Assembly: GCA_964587525.1 (NCBI GenBank)
Contig: CAZPLZ010000001.1
Location: 1 to 53,172, forward strand
Origin: an uncultured bacterium
Lineage (GTDB): Bacteria > Oederibacteriota > CAKKQC01
Direction: 5' to 3'
DNA: 53,172 nucleotides
The position numbers were made by a program, and so were the translations under genes. The notes under the pieces were generated by a model. The model saw nothing but the letters and a program-made list of their open reading frames with translations, did no database searches and was not told the DNA's origin. Below, piece by piece: positions 45,880-53,172 of this stretch (the first letter of the stretch is position 1; each line of letters begins with the position of its first letter).

Positions 45880-46961
45880 AGCTTACCTGGCGGGGGGTGA
45901 TCGAGCAGTACCGCTCGTACCTGCCGGTCACCAACAACACGCCGGTGGTTACCCTGTTGGAAGGTGGGACCCCGCTGCTGCCGGCGCCGCGGCTCTCCAA
46001 GTGGGTGGGCGGGGGTGTTGCGCTCTTTTTGAAATGTGAGGGGTTCAACCCCAGTGGCTCGTTCAAAGACCGCGGGATGACGGTCGCGATCTCCAAAGCC
46101 AAGGAGGAAGGCGCTGCCGCGGTGGTGTGCGCGTCCACTGGGAACACGGCCGCCTCGGCTGCGGCGTACGCCGCTGCCGCGGGATTGCCGTGCCACATCC
46201 TGATCCCGAAGGGTGCGGTGGCTCTTGCCAAGATGGCACAGGCACTCATGCACGGTGCCCGGGTGCTTGAGATCAAGAGCGGGTTTGACGCGGCGCTTGA
46301 CGTGGTTCGTCAGCTTGGCCACTCCTATGCCGTGACGGTCGTGAATTCGGTGAATCCGCACCGGTTGGAGGGCCAGAAAACTGCCGCGTTCGAGATCTGT
46401 GACACGCTGGGCCGTGCACCCGCATTTCAATCACAACCGGTCGGCAACGCGGGCAATATCACAGCGTACTGGAAGGGATACAAGGAGTATCGCACGGCGG
46501 GGAAGATTTCCAGCCTGCCGAAGATGCTTGGGTTCCAGGCGGCTGGGGCTGCACCGCTGGTGGCTGGACGCCCGGTCGCGGAGCCCAAAACCGTTGCGAC
46601 AGCGATCCGCATCGGGAACCCCGCAAGTTGGAAGGGTGCGGTGGACGCCCGACACGAATCGGGCGGCGTCATTCACGCCGTGGCGGACCGGGAGATCCTT
46701 CAAGCTTACCGGAAGCTGGCCACCCTGGAAGGCGTGTTCGTGGAGCCCGCCTCGGCCGCCTCGGTGGCCGGAGTGAGGGCGTTGGCGCGCCGGGGCTACT
46801 TTCGCACCGTCAGGGATCGACGCGTGGTGTGCATCTTAACCGGGCATGGATTGAAAGATCCCGGTACGGCGGTCGAGCAGTTTCAGCGCGTGGAGACCGT
46901 TGAGCCACGCGCCGACGCCATTGCAGCGACGCTCAAACTTAAAGGAAGGGTCAGAGCTTGA
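45876..46961 (+). CDS. thrC: Threonine synthase
   Basis: PLLPA, NPSGSFKDRGM (PLP lysine), ASTGNT.AS.AAYAA, GN.GN. 4-nt overlap with hom. The last 4 codons and stop lie inside the left inverted repeat of the adjacent element. Confidence 0.93.
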   Translation: MKLTWRGVIEQYRSYLPVTNNTPVVTLLEGGTPLLPAPRLSKWVGGGVALFLKCEGFNPSGSFKDRGMTVAISKAKEEGAAAVVCASTGNTAASAAAYAAAAGLPCHILIPKGAVALAKMAQALMHGARVLEIKSGFDAALDVVRQLGHSYAVTVVNSVNPHRLEGQKTAAFEICDTLGRAPAFQSQPVGNAGNITAYWKGYKEYRTAGKISSLPKMLGFQAAGAAPLVAGRPVAEPKTVATAIRIGNPASWKGAVDARHESGGVIHAVADREILQAYRKLATLEGVFVEPASAASVAGVRALARRGYFRTVRDRRVVCILTGHGLKDPGTAVEQFQRVETVEPRADAIAATLKLKGRVRA

Positions 46962-46970
46962 CATTTGACA
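46948..46970. repeat. Left copy of the perfect 23-bp inverted repeat GGGTCAGAGCTTGACATTTGACA
   Basis: Exact reverse complement of 47969-47991. Contains two TTGACA hexamers and the thrC stop codon. Confidence 0.95.
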
Positions 46971-47000
46971 AAATAGATTGGTGGATGGCATAAACAAGCC

Positions 47001-47948
47001 ATGGCGAGGGCGTTGCGGATCGAGTTCCCCGGAGCTTTTTATCATGTGATCAATCGTGGCGTCGAACAACGGACGATCTTTGGTGATGAGAAAGATTACA
47101 AGTACTTCTTTGCACTCTGCCGGCGTCTGTATCCGCGATACAAAGTGACATTTCACAGTTACTGCTTGATGCCTAATCATTATCATTTGTTTCTTCAAAC
47201 ACCTCGCGGCCATCTACACCAGTTCATGCAGGATTTAAACAGCCAATACAGCCAGTATTACAACCGTCGACATCGTCGGGTGGGACCTTTGTTTCAAGGA
47301 CGTTATAGGGCGCTGTTGGTTGATACTAGAGAATACGCCTTGGATATTTCTCGGTATATCCATCTCAATCCAGTAAAGGCGGGGTTGGTCAAGCGACCTG
47401 AAGCGTATCACTGGTCCAGCTATGCCGCCTTCCTTGGTTTGCGGACCGCCGACACTTATCTGCACACCGGATTGTTGCTATCCCAGATTGGTGGGCGCGA
47501 TAGGAGCAATCGGGATTTGTTCCGGAAATTCACCATGGATGGGTTTGATAATAGCTTTGACCCTCTGGCTCGGGTCCAGGGTGGCGTCGTGATCGGTGGG
47601 GAGCAATTTCTCAAGTGGTTGAAAAAAGAGAAGGTTCCTCGTGGACAAGATGGGGCTGTGGCAAAATTGCGGGAGTTACAGAAGCCTCCCAGTGAAGTCA
47701 AAGAGGCGTTGGAGCGGCGGGTGAATACGGTTGTCAACGATCCAAAGCTGCAACGGAAACTTTTGCTCTACGGATTGAAGCGTTCGACCACGCTATCGCT
47801 GAAGGAGATATCCGAGCTCGTTGGAGCACGCAGCCCATTTGCTGTCGCACAGGTTATAAGACGACTGACACTGGAGAGACGAGAAGATCGGAGTTTAGAT
47901 AAACTCATGACACGACTGGAAAACGATTTTCGCAGCGGGAGATCATGA
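47001..47948 (+). CDS. Y1 HUH transposase (IS200-like / REP-associated tyrosine transposase-like) with C-terminal HTH extension
   Basis: FYHVINRG, HUH motif CLMPNHYHLFL, GPLFQGRYRA, catalytic-Tyr region SRYIHLNPVKAGLV..PE.Y.WSSY. C-terminal LSLKEISELVGARSPFAVAQVIRRL looks like a DnaA-C-type HTH. Confidence 0.85.
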   Translation: MARALRIEFPGAFYHVINRGVEQRTIFGDEKDYKYFFALCRRLYPRYKVTFHSYCLMPNHYHLFLQTPRGHLHQFMQDLNSQYSQYYNRRHRRVGPLFQGRYRALLVDTREYALDISRYIHLNPVKAGLVKRPEAYHWSSYAAFLGLRTADTYLHTGLLLSQIGGRDRSNRDLFRKFTMDGFDNSFDPLARVQGGVVIGGEQFLKWLKKEKVPRGQDGAVAKLRELQKPPSEVKEALERRVNTVVNDPKLQRKLLLYGLKRSTTLSLKEISELVGARSPFAVAQVIRRLTLERREDRSLDKLMTRLENDFRSGRS

Positions 47949-47968
47949 GCCATTCCGGACGCCAGAAA

Positions 47969-47991
47969 TGTCAAATGTCAAGCTCTGACCC
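47969..47991. repeat. Right copy of the 23-bp inverted repeat (TGTCAAATGTCAAGCTCTGACCC)
   Basis: Exact reverse complement of 46948-46970. Ends 9 nt before the TTG start of the next gene. Confidence 0.95.
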
Positions 47992-48000
47992 CTCTTTTCT

Positions 48001-49194
48001 TTGAAATACATCTTGATCGTCGGTGATGGCATGGCTGACCGGCCCGTGCCGGAGTTGAATGGGAAGACCCCCCTTGAGGTGGCTAACAAGCCGCACATGG
48101 ACTGGCTGGCGAAGGAGGGCCGCACCGGCATCCTGAAAACCTGCCCGCCTGGTTTCTCGCCGGGTACGGAGGTTTGCACCATGGCGCTGATGAGCTACAA
48201 CCCGGCGGAGCACTTTAAAGGCCGCGGTCCGCTCGAGGCGCTGGGGCGGGGAATCACGCTTAAGAAAAGTGAGGTGGCGTACCGGTGCAATCTGGTGACG
48301 GTGAAGGGTGACACCCTGGAGGACTACAGCGCGGGCCATATCACTGATGACGAGGCCAAGCCGCTCATCCAGATGTTGGACAAGCGGCTGGGCCTGGAAG
48401 AGATCCGGTTCCATCCTGGCGTGAGCTACCGGCACTTGATGGTGTGGCGAGGCGGGTCGGAGGACGTCAAGTCCACGCCGCCGCACAACATCGTGGGCCA
48501 GCCCTTCAAGGGGCACCTGCCGAGCGGCAAGGGGGAGACCAAGCTGCTCCAGCTCATGGAGGATTCCCGTGTGCTGCTGGAAGGTCACGAGGTCAACCGG
48601 GCCCGGCGCGCGAAGGGGTTGAAGTCTGCCAACATGATCTGGCTCTGGAGTCCCGGGCGCACGCCCGTGGTTCCCAGTTTTAAGGAGAAGTACGGGATCA
48701 CCGGCGGGGTTATCTCCGCGGTGGATGTGGTGCGGGGGATCGGGGTACTGGCGGGGCTCGAGATCATCAAGGTGCCGGGCGCCACGGGCTACTTTGATAC
48801 CAACTACAAAGGCAAGGGGGACGCCGCGGTCAAGGTGCTTAGGAATGCGGACTTTGTGTTCGTGCATGTGGAATCGCCCGACGAGGCGGGCCATCAGGGA
48901 CTGGTCCAGGAGAAGGTCAAGGCCATCGAGCAGATGGACGAGCACGTCGTGGGCACGATCCTGAAGGCCCAGCCCAAGCTCGGTGACCTCTCGATCCTTC
49001 TCATGCCTGACCATTCCACGCCGGTCACGGTGAAGATCCATGTGGATGATCCCGTGCCGGTGGTGCTGTATCGGACTCATGGCCGGGCTGATGCGGTGGA
49101 TCGCTACGACGAGACTGCAGTGCAGGCTGGCTCGCTCAAGGTGGCTGACGCGTGGAAGCTGCTCGACCTTTTCTTCGAGCGCCCAAAAACGTGA
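48001..49194 (+). CDS. Cofactor-independent phosphoglycerate mutase-like protein (archaeal ApgM family); by context a candidate non-orthologous homoserine kinase
   Basis: TTG start giving MKYILIVGDGMADRP, metalloenzyme-superfamily blocks (FVFVHVESPDEAGH, MPDHSTP). Embedded between thrC and lysC. Confidence 0.8.
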   Translation: MKYILIVGDGMADRPVPELNGKTPLEVANKPHMDWLAKEGRTGILKTCPPGFSPGTEVCTMALMSYNPAEHFKGRGPLEALGRGITLKKSEVAYRCNLVTVKGDTLEDYSAGHITDDEAKPLIQMLDKRLGLEEIRFHPGVSYRHLMVWRGGSEDVKSTPPHNIVGQPFKGHLPSGKGETKLLQLMEDSRVLLEGHEVNRARRAKGLKSANMIWLWSPGRTPVVPSFKEKYGITGGVISAVDVVRGIGVLAGLEIIKVPGATGYFDTNYKGKGDAAVKVLRNADFVFVHVESPDEAGHQGLVQEKVKAIEQMDEHVVGTILKAQPKLGDLSILLMPDHSTPVTVKIHVDDPVPVVLYRTHGRADAVDRYDETAVQAGSLKVADAWKLLDLFFERPKT

Positions 49195-49213
49195 TACAGT
49201 ACAACTGATTTTC

Positions 49214-50587
49214 ATGCCGCTCATCGTGCAAAAGTATGGGGGCATCTCGGTCGCGGGGCCGGAACGTCTCAAAGCGGTGGCGGGCTTGGTCATCGCCCGA
49301 AAGCGGCAAGGTAACCGGATGCTGGTGGTTGTGTCCGCTCAAGGCGACACCACGGATGACCTGATCGAACGCGCCCGGCAGGTGACCTCGAAGCCGGACC
49401 CACGCGAGATGGACATGCTGCTCGCAACCGGGGAGCAGCAGTCCATTGCGCTCCTCGCGATGGCGATCAAGGCGCAGGGTGAGGAGGCGGTGTCGTTCAC
49501 GGGTGCGCAGGTGGGCATCGTTACGGATACGCGGCACACCAAAGCCCGGATCCTCAGCGTGAAGGCCGAACGGATCCGGAAGGCCCTGGCGCAAGGGAAG
49601 ATCGCCATCGCGGCGGGCTTTCAGGGTGAGAGCGCCAGCGAGGAGATCACCACCCTGGGCCGGGGGGGGTCTGATCTGACCGCGGTGGCGCTGGCGGCGG
49701 CGCTCAAGGCCAACATCTGCGAGTTTTACAAGGATGTGAAGGGGGTGCTGACCGCTGACCCGCGGATCGTGCCCGAGGCCCGGGTGTTGCCAGTCATCAC
49801 CTACGACGAGATGTTGGAGATGGCCAGCCTGGGGTCCCAGGTGCTCAACGCACGCTCGGTGGAGTACGCCAAGCGCTTCCGGGTGCCTCTTGTCGTGAAG
49901 TCTGCATTTGATAAGACCGGGGGAACGCTGATCGTGGAGGAGGAGCCGGGCATGGAAAAAGTGCTGGTGCGGGGGATCACGTACGCCAAGGCCGAAGCCA
50001 AGGTGACGGTGCTCGGGGTGCCCGACAAACCTGGGATCGCCGCGGAGCTGTTCCGCGCGCTGGCGGACGCGGACCTCAACATCGACACCATCATCCAGGA
50101 TGTGAGCGAGAGCGGCGTGACCAACATCTCGTTCACCGTGTCTCAGGGCGAGCTCGCACGCACCATGGATGTGGTGCGTGGGGCCGCGACCCGGCTTGGC
50201 GCCAAGGACGTGCAGGCTGATGAAAACGTGGGCAAGGTCTCCATCATCGGGGTGGGGATGCGCTCGCACTCTGGGGTCGCGGCCGCGATGTTCGAGGCGC
50301 TCGCCCAGGCGGGTGTTAATATCCAGATGATCTCCACTTCAGAAATCAAGATCTCCTGTGTGATTGAAAAGCCCCAGGTTGAGGAAGCGGTCAAAGTCCT
50401 GCACCGGCGGTTCCGCCTGGATAAGGACCAGGTTGAGCTCGGCAAACCGTTCCTGCTGGCGCCTGAAGAGGTGGGTGTCCGTGCAGGGGTGCGCCTGCGC
50501 CGAAGTCGCGCCCGCGGCCCGTCGCCCGCGCCGAAGTCGCGCCCGCGGGCGACGGGCCGCGGGCGACGGGCCGCGAAACGACGGTGA
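49214..50587 (+). CDS. lysC: Aspartate kinase (two ACT domains) with ~50-aa Arg-rich C-terminal tail
   Basis: ATG 49214 gives MPLIVQKYGGISV (the track start 49040 lies inside the previous gene). VVVSA.GDTTD, LGRGGSDLTA, two ACT repeats. The tail is encoded by a GC-rich repeat. Confidence 0.93.
   Translation: MPLIVQKYGGISVAGPERLKAVAGLVIARKRQGNRMLVVVSAQGDTTDDLIERARQVTSKPDPREMDMLLATGEQQSIALLAMAIKAQGEEAVSFTGAQVGIVTDTRHTKARILSVKAERIRKALAQGKIAIAAGFQGESASEEITTLGRGGSDLTAVALAAALKANICEFYKDVKGVLTADPRIVPEARVLPVITYDEMLEMASLGSQVLNARSVEYAKRFRVPLVVKSAFDKTGGTLIVEEEPGMEKVLVRGITYAKAEAKVTVLGVPDKPGIAAELFRALADADLNIDTIIQDVSESGVTNISFTVSQGELARTMDVVRGAATRLGAKDVQADENVGKVSIIGVGMRSHSGVAAAMFEALAQAGVNIQMISTSEIKISCVIEKPQVEEAVKVLHRRFRLDKDQVELGKPFLLAPEEVGVRAGVRLRRSRARGPSPAPKSRPRATGRGRRAAKRR
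50497..50574. repeat. Nested GC-rich repeat and hairpin at the lysC 3' end, upstream of cimA
   Basis: 21-nt direct repeat GCGCCGAAGTCGCGCCCGCGG at 50497-50517 and 50528-50548. 14-nt tandem CGGGCGACGGGCCG x2 at 50546-50573. 50509-50528 is the exact reverse complement of 50546-50565 (20 bp, extendable by 2). Confidence 0.9.
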
Positions 50588-52164
50588 ATCGACCCTCCGT
50601 CACTCTCTACGACACCACCCTGCGGGATGGGACGCAGGGGGAGGGCGTGACCTTCTCGACCGCCGATAAGCTGCTCTTGGCTCAAAAACTCGACCAGCTT
50701 GGTATTCACTACATCGAGGGCGGCTTCCCGCACCCGACCAACCCGAAAGAAGTGGAGTTCTTCCGGGAGGCGCGCAAACTCAAACTCGCGAACGCCAAGC
50801 TGGTCACATTCGGCAGCACACGGCGTGCGCGGGTGACCGCTGAGGATGACGACGGGCTGAAGGCCCTGCTTGCGGCGCAGACCCGGGTGGTGGCGGTGGT
50901 CGGGAAGAGCTGGGATTTGCACGTGAAGCAGATCCTGCGCGTCAGCCCGGAAGAAAACCTGGCGATGATCAAGGAGTCGGTAAAATTTTTGAAAAAAGCC
51001 GGGCGCGAAGTGGTCTATGACGCGGAGCATTTTTTTGACGGGATGAAACAGAATCCCAAATACGCGCTGGCTACGCTGAAGGCCGCCGCCGATGCGGGGG
51101 CCGACTGGCTGATCCTGTGCGACACCAACGGCGGCACCCTGCCCTATGAGATCAAGGACATTCTGGAAGAGGTGAAGCCACGCCTGAAGAAACCGTTCGG
51201 GATTCACGCACACAACGACGCCGAGTGTGGCGTGGCGAACAGCGTGACCGCCGTACGGTTCGGCGCGACGCAGGTGCATGGCACCATCAATGGCTTCGGT
51301 GAGCGGTGCGGGAACGCCAACCTGTGCTCGATCATTCCGGATCTCAAGCTCAAGCTGGGCATCGACTGTGTGACCGACGCGCAACTGAAGACCCTGCGCG
51401 GGCTGTCCCTCTTCGTGTTCGAGTTGGCGACCAAACCGCCGCGGGACGAAGCGCCGTACACGGGCGCGAGCGCGTTCGCTCACAAGGGTGGCATCCATAT
51501 TAATGCGGTCCAGAAGAACCCCATCGCGTATGAGCACGTCAATCCGGAGGCGACCGGCAACCGGCGGCGTATCCTGGTCTCGGACCAGTCAGGTCTGGCC
51601 ACGGTGCGCTGGAAAGCCGAAGGGTACGGCCTCAAGCTGGACAAGGATGACGAGCGTGGCCGGAAAATCCTGGCGGAGCTGAAGCGGCTCGAGCAGGAGG
51701 GGTATCACTTCGAGGGCGCTGAGGCGTCATTTGAGCTGCTGGTCCAGCGGCTCACCAGCGGTTACCGACAACCCTTTGAGCTGGTGGATTTTCGGGTGGC
51801 GGTCCAGAAGCGGGCCGATGGCGCCACCGTGTCCGAGGCCACCCTCAAAGTCAAAGTGGACACTCAGGTGGAGCACACCGTGGCGGAGGGCGACGGTCCC
51901 GTGAACGCGCTGGACAAGGCGCTCCGCAAGGCTCTGGGGCGGTTCTATCCGGAACTCAAGGAGGTGCATTTGGCGGACTACAAGGTGCGCGTGATCGATC
52001 CACAGGCCTCCACCGCGGCTAAGGTGCGCGTGCAGATCGAGTCCACGGACGGCAAGGATGTCTGGTCCACGGTCGGGGTGTCCGAAAACATCATTGAAGC
52101 GAGCTGGCAGGCGCTGGCCGATAGTGTGGCCTACAAGCTGCTGGGCCGCCGCGGGAAGAAGTGA
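50584..52164 (+). CDS. cimA: (R)-citramalate synthase CimA (LeuA family, long form with regulatory domain)
   Basis: GTG start overlapping the lysC stop (GTGA). LYDTTLRDGTQGEGVTFS, YDAEHFFDG, LCDTNGG, HAHNDAECGVANS, GTINGFGERCGNANLCS, FAHKGGIH, YQFEGAEASFELL. Closely colinear with characterised CimA as I recall it. Confidence 0.9.
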   Translation: MNRPSVTLYDTTLRDGTQGEGVTFSTADKLLLAQKLDQLGIHYIEGGFPHPTNPKEVEFFREARKLKLANAKLVTFGSTRRARVTAEDDDGLKALLAAQTRVVAVVGKSWDLHVKQILRVSPEENLAMIKESVKFLKKAGREVVYDAEHFFDGMKQNPKYALATLKAAADAGADWLILCDTNGGTLPYEIKDILEEVKPRLKKPFGIHAHNDAECGVANSVTAVRFGATQVHGTINGFGERCGNANLCSIIPDLKLKLGIDCVTDAQLKTLRGLSLFVFELATKPPRDEAPYTGASAFAHKGGIHINAVQKNPIAYEHVNPEATGNRRRILVSDQSGLATVRWKAEGYGLKLDKDDERGRKILAELKRLEQEGYHFEGAEASFELLVQRLTSGYRQPFELVDFRVAVQKRADGATVSEATLKVKVDTQVEHTVAEGDGPVNALDKALRKALGRFYPELKEVHLADYKVRVIDPQASTAAKVRVQIESTDGKDVWSTVGVSENIIEASWQALADSVAYKLLGRRGKK

Positions 52165-52183
52165 GCGGAGATTAACGACGAAG

Positions 52184-53172
52184 ATGGAGGAGCACCCGTA
52201 CCGGGCAATTGACCGCAAGTGGCAGCGGTACTGGGCGGAGCAAGGGACGTTCCGCGCCAGGGAGTCAAGTGGCAAGCCGAAGTACTACGCCTTGAATATG
52301 TTTCCTTACCCGTCGGGAAGCGCCCTGCACATGGGGCACGTGCGCACCTACGTGATTGGGGAGATCCTGGCCCGGTTCAAGAGGATGCAGGGGTACAACG
52401 TGCTCTTTCCAATGGGCTGGGACGCGTTTGGCCTGCCTGCCGAGAATGCGGCGATCCAGCAGCATGTGCACCCCGCCGTCTGGACGGAGAGGAACATTCA
52501 GATCATGAAAGGGCAACTGCAAGAGCTGGGCATGGCCTACGACTGGAATCGCGAGATCTCAACCTGTGATCCGCAATACTACCGGTGGACACAGTGGATC
52601 TTTCTGAAGATGTTCGAGCGCGGTCTGGCGTACCGGAAGAAGGGGTCGCAGAATTGGTGTCGCGAATGCCAGACCGTCCTGGCGAACGAGGAAGTGGAAG
52701 ATGGCGCATGCTGGCGTTGCCATTCGGCGGTGGAGAGGAAAGAACTGGAGCAGTGGTTCCTGAAGATCACTGCTTACGCTGACCAGTTGCTGGAGGGCCT
52801 CAAGACGCTCAAGCAATGGCCGGATCGTGTGAAGGTGATGCAGGAGAATTGGATCGGGCGCAGTGAGGGGGCGCGGGTCGTGTTCAAGGAGAAGGAGAAC
52901 GGGATCGAAATGCCGGTGTTTACGACGCGCCCAGACACGTTGTTTGGCGTCACGTTCATGGTGATCGCGCCCGAACACCCGCTGGTGGCGCAACTGGTCG
53001 CCGGGACGGCGCAGGAGCGCGAGGTGTCCACGTACGTGGAGCGCGCCTGTGCCATGAGCGAGCGGGACCGGACCGGAGAGGATCGTGAGAAAACCGGCGT
53101 CCGGCTTGGACGGTTCGCCATCAACCCGGTCAATGGCGAAGAAGTTCCCCTGTTTGTGGCTGATTATGCGCT
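52184..53172 (+). CDS. leuS: Leucyl-tRNA synthetase, N-terminal ~329 codons (3' end cut by window edge)
   Basis: ATG 52184: MEEHPYRAIDRKWQRYW..KYYALNMFPYPSGSALHMGHVR.Y (HIGH-type motif), FPMGWDAFGLPAEN, zinc-type CxxC..CxxC, TTRPDTLFGVTFMVIAPEHPL. Not in the ORF track because no stop occurs before the window end. Confidence 0.95.
   Translation, partial: MEEHPYRAIDRKWQRYWAEQGTFRARESSGKPKYYALNMFPYPSGSALHMGHVRTYVIGEILARFKRMQGYNVLFPMGWDAFGLPAENAAIQQHVHPAVWTERNIQIMKGQLQELGMAYDWNREISTCDPQYYRWTQWIFLKMFERGLAYRKKGSQNWCRECQTVLANEEVEDGACWRCHSAVERKELEQWFLKITAYADQLLEGLKTLKQWPDRVKVMQENWIGRSEGARVVFKEKENGIEMPVFTTRPDTLFGVTFMVIAPEHPLVAQLVAGTAQEREVSTYVERACAMSERDRTGEDREKTGVRLGRFAINPVNGEEVPLFVADYA

Larger units (their letters stand above)
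46948..47991. mobile_element. Low-GC insertion: Y1 (IS200/RAYT-like) transposase gene bracketed by 23-bp perfect inverted repeats
   Basis: The IR pair, a single HUH/Y1 transposase ORF, visibly lower GC than both flanks, and a position that interrupts an otherwise contiguous amino-acid operon. True element boundaries are uncertain (TTGA at both junctions). Confidence 0.6.

Noticed and set aside
49040-49213. Upstream extension of the lysC ORF (track start 49040)
   Set aside because: It lies inside the 3' end of the apgM-like gene. The aspartokinase N-terminus MPLIVQKYGG begins at 49214.
47971-51537. Long minus-strand ORFs (47971-49293, 49136-50269, 50143-51537) opposite the apgM-like gene, lysC and cimA
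   Set aside because: These are shadow ORFs typical of high-GC coding DNA. The plus-strand genes have strong family motifs, and the antisense products are Arg/His/Pro-rich with no recognisable domains.
52219-52569. 116-aa ORF listed in the track at the 3' end
   Set aside because: It is off-frame inside leuS. The real gene is the open frame from ATG 52184, which carries the class I synthetase motifs.
1-53172. Search for rRNA, tRNA, CRISPR arrays, and riboswitches (TPP near thiG, lysine near lysC, T-box near leuS, SAM near mtnA/PNP)
   Set aside because: All relevant upstream gaps are under 70 nt. The only gaps over 250 nt (16432-16698, 28005-28310) show no tRNA-like T-arm/acceptor pattern and no regularly spaced direct repeats. 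None is claimed.

Overview
GC-rich (roughly 60%) bacterial chromosome segment, densely coding on both strands with about 55 genes. Both window edges cut genes: a RumA/TrmA-type RNA methyltransferase at the 5' edge, and leuS at the 3' edge (leuS is absent from the ORF track because it has no stop in the window). Most content is housekeeping: lepA-lepB-hemW; rpsB-tsf-pyrH-frr-uppS-cdsA; cspA-secA; nrdR; rpsU-mpg-dnaG; tsaD; PNP-mtnA-thiG; a sugar ABC transporter; iolB; and an aspartate-family super-operon aspC-hom-thrC-[insertion]-apgM-like-lysC-cimA. Outer-membrane barrels and lipoproteins indicate a diderm organism. Accessory material includes VapBC and MazEF modules, a RelE-like remnant, a lower-GC island at about 28.0-30.5 kb and a low-GC Y1-transposase insertion. 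I saw no rRNA, tRNA or CRISPR array. I cannot point to one clear novel multi-gene system. The strongest candidates are: (1) a 231-aa ORF in the rpoD slot after dnaG that holds only sigma-70 regions 1.1/1.2 and abuts nrdR. (2) An IS200/RAYT-like Y1 transposase with a C-terminal HTH, bracketed by perfect 23-bp inverted repeats, sitting exactly at the thrC / apgM-like junction. (3) An Arg-rich lysC tail encoded by a nested GC-rich repeat and 20-22 bp hairpin just before cimA. (4) A two-domain CDGSH Fe-S protein split by a +1 frame change. (5) A mazEF module followed directly by a DUF799-like/OM-barrel fusion gene. All functional calls rest on motif recognition by eye. No searches were run.
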